The notes below the pieces were generated by a model, which had not been told where the DNA came from, did not search any database, and saw nothing but the letters and a program-made list of their open reading frames with translations. Shown here piece after piece: positions 9,585 through 17,979 of a DNA stretch of 64,000 nucleotides. The translations under genes were made by a program, and so were the position numbers. Within the stretch, counting starts at the first letter, position 1; every line of letters starts with the position of its first letter. Origin of the DNA: Thermosphaera sp. (GTDB taxonomy: Archaea > Thermoproteota > Thermoprotei_A > Sulfolobales > Desulfurococcaceae); NCBI GenBank assembly GCA_038827615.1, contig JAWBNK010000001.1, positions 122,290 through 186,289 on the forward strand, in the 5' to 3' direction.

Positions 9585-10556
9585 TTACTTACGCCCGACT
9601 TGAATCCTTACCGCTGAGACTCTTACCTCTAGTGCGCTTATCCTAGCGTTGAGCCTCGCTTCTACTTCCTGCAGAGCTTTCATGGCGAGCTCGTAGTACC
9701 TCTTGGCTAGTGCATCGCTCAAGTTGTAAACCATCGTGTAGCATACTCTGCAGACAGCTATCTTACTGTCGGCTATTAGGAAGGATGCTTCTCCACCATA
9801 CTTCTCCCTTATGTAAGCGTTTACGGAGGCGGGCATGTATATGTAGTTTACCTCCTCCCCTTGTATCTCCCTGTGGCAGACCCAGCACTTCGTTGTCTTG
9901 GAGAGCTTGCCGAGTTTGTCGTTGACGAAGCTCCTCACCTCGGGTGGCGCTTGCTGAAGGTATGCTGATGCCTCACTGTAGAGTTCAACCGCTTTCGACG
10001 GGTTGTCGGCTTCTATTTTCAAAGCCCTGATGATTCTCGCGTAGCCTAGTAGTCTGAGCCCGACGGAGTTTAACGGGTCGTGAATGTTCAGCAAGTCTTC
10101 GAGTATGAGTCTCCTGGCTCCTTCGCCGAGCAAGGCGTTACCTACTTGCTCATACTTGGATGCGGTGGCTTCATCCATCTTCCCGGCTTCAGCGACGCTG
10201 AATCTTGGGAGGCTTAATATCATGGAGGCTATTTCGAGATCTCTCGCCAGCTCAGCAGCGGTTGGCTTGGCGGCTGTTCCTATGTCTAGAGGAGTGACCG
10301 GGTCAAGCTTCCTGCACTGCTCGGCTGCTTTCGAGAATGCTTCAGGAGTCTTCTTGACCAATGCGTCGTAGAAAAACGCGTAGAAGAGTACTTCCCCAGC
10401 TCTTCTCGAGACTTCTGAATCGCTGGTTTTCGAAGCTATTTCGTACGCGTTTTGGAAGTGTTTAACAGCTCCTTCAAGGTTTCCCTTGTTTCTATCGCTG
10501 AATGCCTTGTTTAACTCGTCCTCGAACTTCTCCTTATCGCTTTTGAAGAATATCAC
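9585..10556 (-). CDS. Helical-repeat (TPR-like) protein with an internal Zn ribbon and a C-terminal coiled coil
   Basis: All-alpha N-terminal part; CWVCH-x35-CRVCY; C-terminal heptad-like ALQEVEARLNARISALEVRV. Confidence 0.55.
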   Translation of the reverse strand: MIFFKSDKEKFEDELNKAFSDRNKGNLEGAVKHFQNAYEIASKTSDSEVSRRAGEVLFYAFFYDALVKKTPEAFSKAAEQCRKLDPVTPLDIGTAAKPTAAELARDLEIASMILSLPRFSVAEAGKMDEATASKYEQVGNALLGEGARRLILEDLLNIHDPLNSVGLRLLGYARIIRALKIEADNPSKAVELYSEASAYLQQAPPEVRSFVNDKLGKLSKTTKCWVCHREIQGEEVNYIYMPASVNAYIREKYGGEASFLIADSKIAVCRVCYTMVYNLSDALAKRYYELAMKALQEVEARLNARISALEVRVSAVRIQVGRK

Positions 10557-10558
10557 GG

Positions 10559-11569
10559 CTACATCTCCTTCTTATACTTCTCGAGCAGTTCCTTCTTCAT
10601 TTGATCGTATTCCTCCTGGGTTATCAAGCCCTCGTCAAGCATCTTCTTAAGCTCTCTCAGCTTAGCTATCACGGGGCTCTCCTGAGGCTGGGCCGGAGCC
10701 GTAGCTGGTTGCGGCTGCGGAGGTTGCTGTGGCTGCTGGGCTGGCTGCATCGCCTGCTGCATGAGCGTTGGCATTGCTACGAGGGCCCCCATCCATCCAG
10801 CGGCTGGTGATCTGCCAATGGCTCTCATTACCTCAACGGTTTTCACTATCTCGAGTACTTTGTCCTCGTCGCCCTTCTGTATGGCGAGCAGTAGCGGTAG
10901 ACCATACGTTGGGTCTTCCTTCTCCATTCTCTCGAGCTGTGGTAGCGTTATTCCAGCTATTTTAACGTCTATTAGCTCCAGACCTCTCTGAGCGAAGGCT
11001 TCTTGTATCACTCCCGCCTTGAGCCTCGAGGTCACCTGGGTTAGGTTGGTGTAAATATCTATTGCAGTGTACTTGCTGATCTCCTGTATCAGGGTTTCGA
11101 CGAAGTAGTTTCTTATGAAGTCTGCAACGGCTGTCGAGGAGATCTCTCTAACGGCGCCAGCTATTTGTGTTAGAAATAAGACTGGGTCGGAAACCCTGTA
11201 CCAGAACTCGCCGAAGCTCTGTAGCTCTGTCATGTAGAGTGTTCTAGGCCCCAGCTTGACCCTTGTCGAGAGTCCGAACTTCCCTCTGAACTGCTTGAGG
11301 CTTACGAACACTACTCTGGCTTTGAACGGGGTTTCCCCGTAGCCCATTACTAGCCTGAAGGCTCTTGTGAGTAGCGGGAGGTTTTGAGTCGTTAAGACGT
11401 GTCTCCCTGGGGGTAGGACGTCGTAGATTTTGCCGTCTCTCATGAATATTGCTGTCTCATACTCGTGTACTACGAGAACGCTTCCCCATCTAATGTCCTC
11501 GTACGGGTATACCCATAGGATGTCCTCTGGGCCCGGGTTAACCCATTCTATCACGTTTGTCCTGCTCAC
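10559..11569 (-). CDS. SPFH/Band-7 family protein (YdjI / virion-core-protein-like subgroup) with a P/Q-rich linker and a C-terminal SHOCT domain
   Basis: N-terminal IEWVNPGPEDILWVYPYEDIRWGSVLVVHEYETAIFMRDGKIYDVLPPGRHVL matches the YdjI-type SPFH pattern; linker QPAQQPQQPPQPQPATAPAQPQ; SHOCT-like KLRELKKMLDEGLITQEEYDQMKKELL. Confidence 0.75.
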   Translation of the reverse strand: MSRTNVIEWVNPGPEDILWVYPYEDIRWGSVLVVHEYETAIFMRDGKIYDVLPPGRHVLTTQNLPLLTRAFRLVMGYGETPFKARVVFVSLKQFRGKFGLSTRVKLGPRTLYMTELQSFGEFWYRVSDPVLFLTQIAGAVREISSTAVADFIRNYFVETLIQEISKYTAIDIYTNLTQVTSRLKAGVIQEAFAQRGLELIDVKIAGITLPQLERMEKEDPTYGLPLLLAIQKGDEDKVLEIVKTVEVMRAIGRSPAAGWMGALVAMPTLMQQAMQPAQQPQQPPQPQPATAPAQPQESPVIAKLRELKKMLDEGLITQEEYDQMKKELLEKYKKEM

Positions 11570-11575
11570 CCTCTA

Positions 11576-12073
11576 TCACCTCACAATCCCGGAGAGGATC
11601 TTCTCCCTCTCCTCCAGCATTGACTCATAGTCTTTGACCAGCTTCTCGATGCCTGCCAAGTAGTTTTCAACCTCGAGAAGACTGAGGGGTTGGTTTGAAG
11701 TAGCCTTGTTCAAGGCTTCTGCTGTTTCACCCAGCTTCAAATCATGCTCGAGCATCTTGTCGAGCACTTCCTCGCCCACCTTAGCAACGTGGAACAACGG
11801 CCTGTAGCCGTAGGGCGCGTGCCTCGTTCTCTCAGCCAGGGAGTCGAGCTTGTACACGAGCTTCTCCACCCTCTCGGACAGGGGTGTTGAGCCTGAGGAT
11901 GACACGAGGGTTGAGTATAAGACTTTCAAGTCTCCAACGCTCTTCTTCAACTTCTTGTAGAGCTCATCCCTCACGATCCTATCGGTTTCACGGACGAGTT
12001 CCTTCTCCTTATAACCCCTGTAGCCGGGGAAAACCATTAATAGCTTCTCATATAGTCTGAGCTCCTTGCTCAA
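11576..12073 (-). CDS. Coiled-coil protein, first gene of the SPFH/Zn-ribbon operon
   Basis: 165 aa, predicted all-helical and rich in charged residues; no enzymatic motif. Confidence 0.5.
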   Translation of the reverse strand: MSKELRLYEKLLMVFPGYRGYKEKELVRETDRIVRDELYKKLKKSVGDLKVLYSTLVSSSGSTPLSERVEKLVYKLDSLAERTRHAPYGYRPLFHVAKVGEEVLDKMLEHDLKLGETAEALNKATSNQPLSLLEVENYLAGIEKLVKDYESMLEEREKILSGIVR

Positions 12074-12181
12074 AGAAAATCCACCATATAGAAATATATC
12101 CCGCCCCCTTAATATAGTGGGTGACTCCCGGGTAATATGCAGTGTTTAATTATTCTATGCTTGAGGGGAACTGTTTTCCCC

Positions 12182-13153
12182 CTAGGGAGGTCTCGTGGCG
12201 GGCACGCTGTTCTTGGGTGAATCCTCTTTTCCCGCTCCTCCATTAGAGTCTATGCCGTTGCCCGGTACTTCGATGAAAACGTGCCCGAAACCGGTTGCCC
12301 TCCCCACACCTACGCCGAGGGTTATCGTGTATGCGAACAGCTCCCTCAAGTATTCTTTCAAGTCTATGTTCATGTTCTTAGAGTACATATCATAGTAGTG
12401 CTGGTTCAAGTAGAGGTTCACGTAGCCTATGATGGTTGGCTCCGGCCTCCTCTTATAGACAACCCACTTAATCCCAGTTGTCTTGAGCACCGAGTAGGGC
12501 TCGTTGAAGATCCTGTGGAGCATGAGCAAATGCCTCCTGAACCTCTTGTAGGTGAATGCTCCCTTGTGGGTCAGCATCGTGTAGACCGGCACCGCGAAGA
12601 TGTTCATCACGGAGGGAATAAGGGTCTTATGCTTCGTCCTCTTGAAAGGGTCCCTGAGCATGGTGGGCGAGGCAAAGACGATCTTCACCTTCCCCGTCTC
12701 GAAGAGCTTGCTCATCAGCTCGCTCGACTCCATCTGAGGGATGTAGTATTCGACTCCAGTGGTTTCAACGCACACTCTCTGATCCATGTATGTGAAGCAG
12801 TCGTTAACGCCTAGGAGGCTTGACATGGTTTTAACCGGGTCTGAAACATTGCTCGTGAATCCAGCGTAGAAGTAGTATTCGCCGTTTAAAACTACCTGTG
12901 AGAGAGGGCCCTGGCATTTAGCTGTTTTTCGATTAACACATTTCACGTAGCTGTACAGGCAAATGCTCTTCCCGCCCGAGCTGTAGTATAGGGGTGAGAC
13001 GTGTATGTACTTGGGTTCTCCCCCAGCCCTGGGCTCGAAGAACCCCTCGAGCTCTGGGAGCCTCCTGATCAATATAGTCTTGACGAGCTTGCTGGTGAAG
13101 AGAACCCCTTTGAAGCCTTGAACCCTGACGGATGCCTTGAAAGCGTGCAGCAT
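12182..13153 (-). CDS. cas6: Cas6 CRISPR RNA endoribonuclease
   Basis: C-terminal glycine-rich loop TLGVGVGRATGFGHVFIEV typical of Cas6; last gene of the interference operon. Confidence 0.8.
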   Translation of the reverse strand: MLHAFKASVRVQGFKGVLFTSKLVKTILIRRLPELEGFFEPRAGGEPKYIHVSPLYYSSGGKSICLYSYVKCVNRKTAKCQGPLSQVVLNGEYYFYAGFTSNVSDPVKTMSSLLGVNDCFTYMDQRVCVETTGVEYYIPQMESSELMSKLFETGKVKIVFASPTMLRDPFKRTKHKTLIPSVMNIFAVPVYTMLTHKGAFTYKRFRRHLLMLHRIFNEPYSVLKTTGIKWVVYKRRPEPTIIGYVNLYLNQHYYDMYSKNMNIDLKEYLRELFAYTITLGVGVGRATGFGHVFIEVPGNGIDSNGGAGKEDSPKNSVPATRPP

Positions 13154-13174
13154 GATAACCTAGCACTCCTGTAG

Positions 13175-14047
13175 CTATCTCTTCATGCATACAATATCAC
13201 GTATACAAATATTAGGATCGTCCGCCCGGACCTCGCCGATATCGATACGGAGCTCCTTCAGCCAATCCCTAACGTATGAGGAGAGGTTGTAGGGAAATGC
13301 CCCTCTCTCGCACGCGGCTGCAAGGTTGTCGGCGACTACAAGGAGCCCGGTTAGAACCTTGACCGCGAACATCTCGTAAGCCTGACCGCCCTCTTCTATC
13401 TGCTGGCTTGAACACTTTAGCAATCCTTCGCGGCAGTATGATTGCCTCTTCATGATTCTCCCGGGGTAGTCGTCGAGTTTGACTGCGCAGAGGGGGTGAT
13501 CTGCGCACTCTTTGAGGAATTCCTCTAGGATTTTCTTCTCAACTCCCACCGTTACTTTAATGATATCGTTGCAGAGTAAATTCTCGGTCAACCTATCCTT
13601 CATAGCCGCGTGGTGTCTCAGTATGGCCTGCATCAACAGCCTAGCTTTTCTCTTAGTGTACTCATTACTGTTTTCCACGAGCAGGACTGCTATCAGCATT
13701 CCCGCCGCGAACTCGTGGTAGGGGAAGGAGACCTTGACTTGCCCAGCATTGAAACTATTGTTCAGGAAAGAGGACTTGTAGTAGTTTGAGGATTTACCGA
13801 TGTCGTGGAGGAGACCCATTATTTCAGCGAACTTTAACGTCTCGTCTCTTTCCCAGTTGTAGAAGCTTCTCGTTCTGTTCTCCACTATCTTTAATTGCCT
13901 CTTGAACAGGCCCGCCAGGATCTTACCAGTGTTGAGGGAGTGTTCCTTCAGGGGCGAGATTATTGGTTGCGAGCCCCGCAGCTCGGCGTATGCCACCGGC
14001 CACCGGTCTACTACGGTTTTCTTAAACGACCCGAGAATGTTAGACAA
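13175..14047 (-). CDS. cas3'': Cas3'' HD-domain nuclease
   Basis: HD motif MGLLHDIGK plus downstream His (AILRHHAA); 8-nt overlap with cas3'. Confidence 0.85.
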   Translation of the reverse strand: MSNILGSFKKTVVDRWPVAYAELRGSQPIISPLKEHSLNTGKILAGLFKRQLKIVENRTRSFYNWERDETLKFAEIMGLLHDIGKSSNYYKSSFLNNSFNAGQVKVSFPYHEFAAGMLIAVLLVENSNEYTKRKARLLMQAILRHHAAMKDRLTENLLCNDIIKVTVGVEKKILEEFLKECADHPLCAVKLDDYPGRIMKRQSYCREGLLKCSSQQIEEGGQAYEMFAVKVLTGLLVVADNLAAACERGAFPYNLSSYVRDWLKELRIDIGEVRADDPNICIRDIVCMKR

Positions 14048-15920
14048 CCAGCAACCCCTCTCCAGGACTGTAGCACCGTGGGTTTAGTATGAGGTATTGG
14101 TATTCCTCGTTCGAGTCATCCATGTAGATGGATGGGATCTCCCACAGGTTCAACGATTTATATTGTTGAAAGTCTTTCTGAAGTAGATTTTTCCCTAGTT
14201 TCTTGGATAGGGAGATCTTGAAGCGCGTGCCCGTGCTGTCTGCTTGTTTAGCGATCAGGGCTTTGTCCCCCCGGTATTCCAGGCAAGCCCTCCCTTTGTT
14301 AAACTCTCTTACCTCCTTCCTGAGGAACCATTCAGCATCGATGCTTATGAAGTCTACGTCCTGGATTTCAACTATAACCGGGCCCTTATCTACCTGAGGT
14401 ATTTGAGGCATTGTAGTCCTCGGAATTAACATGTTCAACTGTGCCGAGTCCCTTAAGAATCCTTCCAAGCCCAGGGCGTTCGCCAGGCTCTTGAAAACTT
14501 TGAAGGAGCCTTCACACATCAGGTATTGTTCGAGGAGTTTGCCGCCGCTGTTGGGTGAATTTTCAGAGGTTTTCGACGTAGGAGGACTTACTTTTTCTAT
14601 TATTTCAGTAAAGCCGATCACTTTATAAATAGTGTCGGGTAGCCTCCAATTTATCTGGAAACCATTATTCAAAGCCTTCTTCAACTCTTCAACCGTCTCC
14701 TTAACCCTTTGTATCATGTAGACGTCGTATCTCTCATCTTTCCCTGCATTCAATGATCCCGGGTCGATCAAGATCACTTCTCCCCCCTCTTTTAAGCAGT
14801 CCTCATAGACCTTTGATCCCTCGCGGCACAGTCTTCCAGCTCTTTGAACGAGGTTCTCTATTGGCGCTGGATCGGTTATCAGTGTTGACGCATTGCTCTC
14901 GACTCCGGCTTCAATCACTTGGGTGGCCACGACTATTCCGCCGTTATCCATGATATCATCCACTTTCTTCAGCGAGCTCTCCCTATCCCGTATGCTCATC
15001 CTTCCATGTATTAGAGCAATCTTCGAGCTTGTTTTCCCTTTAAGATACTTGTAGGTGTTAAACGCCTTCTCGACCGTGTTTCTAACGATCAGCACGGGTT
15101 TCCCGCTCCCGGCTCTTTCCACAGCTATTTCCAACGCATCGCTCTCTGTTTTGAAAGATGTCTTCCACTCTATGTTGTTTGATCTGCAGTAATCCTCGTC
15201 TACAATATTTTCAACATCTAAGCTATTGCTCTCGGAGAGCTTTTGTATTTGTGGATTGCTTCCTCCGCACGATACATATACGACCGGTATCCTGCTCCCT
15301 GCTCCTCCTCTGGATTTAGAGATTATTGATGCCAGATTGCCTACGACTTTAGTGTTCATGGTCGCCGTCTCAACTATGAATGGGATTTTCAAGTAGGTGA
15401 GGAATGATATCCCCGCGTAAACGATGTCGAGCGAGATGGATTCGTCGACTCCCCCAGTATACACGTGCGCCTCGTCGAAGACTACGGTTGACGTCAGTAT
15501 GAATGAAAGAGGTACGTAGTAGTGCCCCGCAGACTTCTCGAGCAACACTTTCCCCATCTCGGCAACGGGGATCTTGTAGAGGTTCATCATGAAGCTGTCT
15601 AGAGTTGTAACCACGAGCTCCCTCATGAAGAACGGCGTCTTATCCTTTTCTTCAAACGAGTCCTGTGATTGATAACCCGTGTTGAATCCGGTTCCCGCGA
15701 ATTTTTCCTCAAATATCTTTCTAACCAGCGTTTTGAGGGGTGCTACGTGTATGAGACCCGCGGATCTTCTCGACTCAATGAATTCTTTAAGGATTAGTGG
15801 GGATGCGAGTGTTTTTCCATAGCCTGTTGGAGCTATGAAAAAAATAACGTCGTGGTCTGGGATGAGCTTGAGGAGGGCCTCAACTCCTCTTCTTCTAATC
15901 CTGCCCCACCCTCCTAGAAT
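14040..15920 (-). CDS. cas3': Cas3' SF2 helicase (start codon unresolved)
   Basis: Walker A APTGYGKT (near 15815-15838), DEAH box VVFDEAH, helicase C-domain motifs VATQVIEAGV and QRAGR. The ORF track starts at ATG 15626, downstream of Walker A. The frame is open to the in-frame stop at 15921-15923. Confidence 0.8.
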   Translation of the reverse strand: MLGGWGRIRRRGVEALLKLIPDHDVIFFIAPTGYGKTLASPLILKEFIESRRSAGLIHVAPLKTLVRKIFEEKFAGTGFNTGYQSQDSFEEKDKTPFFMRELVVTTLDSFMMNLYKIPVAEMGKVLLEKSAGHYYVPLSFILTSTVVFDEAHVYTGGVDESISLDIVYAGISFLTYLKIPFIVETATMNTKVVGNLASIISKSRGGAGSRIPVVYVSCGGSNPQIQKLSESNSLDVENIVDEDYCRSNNIEWKTSFKTESDALEIAVERAGSGKPVLIVRNTVEKAFNTYKYLKGKTSSKIALIHGRMSIRDRESSLKKVDDIMDNGGIVVATQVIEAGVESNASTLITDPAPIENLVQRAGRLCREGSKVYEDCLKEGGEVILIDPGSLNAGKDERYDVYMIQRVKETVEELKKALNNGFQINWRLPDTIYKVIGFTEIIEKVSPPTSKTSENSPNSGGKLLEQYLMCEGSFKVFKSLANALGLEGFLRDSAQLNMLIPRTTMPQIPQVDKGPVIVEIQDVDFISIDAEWFLRKEVREFNKGRACLEYRGDKALIAKQADSTGTRFKISLSKKLGKNLLQKDFQQYKSLNLWEIPSIYMDDSNEEYQYLILNPRCYSPGEGLLVV

Positions 15921-17061
15921 CTACAAGCATTGACAAGTATATTAGTACCCACTTCGCCTGTTCGGCGAGGTCTCTAACGCTGGCTTCAACGCTTGCGCTG
16001 TGGAGTCTTGCCAGGTTCCCTGCACACTCCAGGAGGGTCGAGTTGTCTCCCGTCTCCAGGTATCGGAACAAGCTGTTTAAGCACGACGTTGATGCTGCTA
16101 CGGCGGCGTTCTTTAATCCCTCGCCCACCTTTCCCGGTAGGAGAGTCTTCACTACTAGGTTGTCCAGTCCTCGTAGGAGGTTTTGCGTGTTCTGAGCCCC
16201 GAGCTTATGGATGAGTTGTTCGAGCTGGCTTGAGATGATGATGGGGGTTGCGTAGACCAATTGAGGCCTCTGCTCAGCTATCGTCTTCACGATTAGGAAC
16301 TGTTCGAACACTCTATTGGTCACCAGCCCGCCTATGAGGTTGAGGTCTTGCACGGCATGGATCATGACGGCGAGGCTCAACGCTTGATCAACGCTTACTC
16401 CAGAAAGCTCCTTTCTCGTTAGATCGTTCAGCACTTGATCGAATCTACGCTTAACGCTCTGGCTCTTACTATATACGAGGTTGTAGAATAAGCATGAGTT
16501 TATCATCGACGACCGGGTTCCATCGGGCACTAGGTATATCTCGGTCCTCTGATCGTTTATGTTCAAAACAGCTGCGAGGCTGGTGATGGCACCGACTAGT
16601 GCAAGCCACAGCGAGCCAATGCTTATGTTCGTGACTATGTTGCCAGACCTGTACTTGGAGAACACGTAGTGTTTCAAAAACATGGGCATTAAGACGGAAT
16701 CCATTAGTTTCTGGCAGGTTAAGTTGGCTGATGCTTCCTTCAACTCCGAGGCATTCAGCACGTTGGATTTTATAATACCGGCCTTCTTGAGTATTTCAAA
16801 ATCCTTTGCTCCAGCCGGATACAGTCTCGGATACATTGTTTTACGCCTCTCTTCCCCAGCGATCTTGTCCAAGTGAGCGGATATTAGGGAGAGCATCTCT
16901 TCGCAAAGGCTCTGATCTAATATTATGAATCCTGTTGCCAACCCATCTTCAAGTGCTTTTTTCAAATTATTTGATGCTTCACAGTATATACATCCTAGGG
17001 TGGCTACCTGGAAGTTCCTTCCCAGAGTCCTCTCATCCATTAACTGTATTGTAATGCTCAT
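15895..17061 (-). CDS. cas8a: Candidate Cas8a-type large subunit
   Basis: Called only from position (between cas5a and cas3') and size (388 aa); no family motif recognised by eye. Confidence 0.45.
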   Translation of the reverse strand: MSITIQLMDERTLGRNFQVATLGCIYCEASNNLKKALEDGLATGFIILDQSLCEEMLSLISAHLDKIAGEERRKTMYPRLYPAGAKDFEILKKAGIIKSNVLNASELKEASANLTCQKLMDSVLMPMFLKHYVFSKYRSGNIVTNISIGSLWLALVGAITSLAAVLNINDQRTEIYLVPDGTRSSMINSCLFYNLVYSKSQSVKRRFDQVLNDLTRKELSGVSVDQALSLAVMIHAVQDLNLIGGLVTNRVFEQFLIVKTIAEQRPQLVYATPIIISSQLEQLIHKLGAQNTQNLLRGLDNLVVKTLLPGKVGEGLKNAAVAASTSCLNSLFRYLETGDNSTLLECAGNLARLHSASVEASVRDLAEQAKWVLIYLSMLVDSRRVGQD

Positions 17062-17966
17062 ACTCCCACGCTCGTGAACGACTCCATCCCTTCCCTAGAC
17101 GGCTGATACGCTTTACACGGTTCTTTCAGCTTGAAACGCCGGGTCTCGCCTTTTCTAAACGGCAATAGGATGGCGTTGGATGCCTGTACAGATGGTACGT
17201 AGAATCTCCTCAGCTCATAGTCTAGGTAGGGTAGCTCCACAGTAGGAGTGACCATAAACGGCTCCACGCAGCTCGCTAGGACGTATTGCGCGGTCTCGAA
17301 CTCTTCCCCGGTTCTCACAACGGGCTCTCTATCGTATCCCGACTCGGCTGGGTCTGTCGAGGCGATCCCCTCCTTGCTCCCGATCCTTGACACGCCCGTT
17401 GAGACCAAGCGGCCTATGGAGTCTATGTCCTCCTCTTTCAGCTTGACCCCGGGGTTCATGGAGAGTTTTTTCAATAGCTTTTCAACATCGACAACCCACG
17501 TGAGGAGGAGTTTGACGCCGGGAGCGTATGCTGAGCCAACTGCTTGAGCTGGGAATATCCTAGGCAAGGCCTCCGTGTAAAACTCTATACTGTGTACTTC
17601 GGCCCTCATCCTTGCTCTCTCAGAGTCGCCTTTGTAGATGGATGCAGATATCTTTGATATCTCGCTGTGGACAACGATCCCGATCTCCGGTTCATCGACG
17701 ACTACGCCTGCGGACGCAGCTATCGTCGCGTCCACGGCTTTCTCCATGAAGCTGGATATTAAGGTTCCTCTCCCATGGGTCAACTTCTTCTCGAGACTAT
17801 CTCTCTCCCCGAGAAGTCTTGCAAGCGGGTATGCGAAAGCGCCCACTACGGTGGTAGGGGGCGGGATAACGTATGCTGGCTGAGATGCAGATACATCCTT
17901 GTACCTGACCGTGAAACCCCATGAAAGGGTTACGGTGGAGTAAAAAAGACGTATTGATTTGGACAC
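17058..17966 (-). CDS. cas5a: Cas5a (RAMP)
   Basis: N-terminal Cas5 pattern VTLSWGFTVRYKDVSASQPAYVIPPPTTVVGAFAYPLARLLG; follows cas7. Confidence 0.8.
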   Translation of the reverse strand: MSKSIRLFYSTVTLSWGFTVRYKDVSASQPAYVIPPPTTVVGAFAYPLARLLGERDSLEKKLTHGRGTLISSFMEKAVDATIAASAGVVVDEPEIGIVVHSEISKISASIYKGDSERARMRAEVHSIEFYTEALPRIFPAQAVGSAYAPGVKLLLTWVVDVEKLLKKLSMNPGVKLKEEDIDSIGRLVSTGVSRIGSKEGIASTDPAESGYDREPVVRTGEEFETAQYVLASCVEPFMVTPTVELPYLDYELRRFYVPSVQASNAILLPFRKGETRRFKLKEPCKAYQPSREGMESFTSVGV

Positions 17967-17979
17967 GTCTCAACACCTC

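Noticed and set aside
12281-12814. Long antisense ORFs inside well-supported genes (e.g. 12281-12814 in cas6, 45709-46314 in fen, 47524-47916 in DUF371, 18685-19032 in cas7, 30762-31085 in the DndC-like gene)
   Set aside because: They are shadow ORFs opposite genes with clear family motifs, with biased low-complexity composition and no independent start or SD context.
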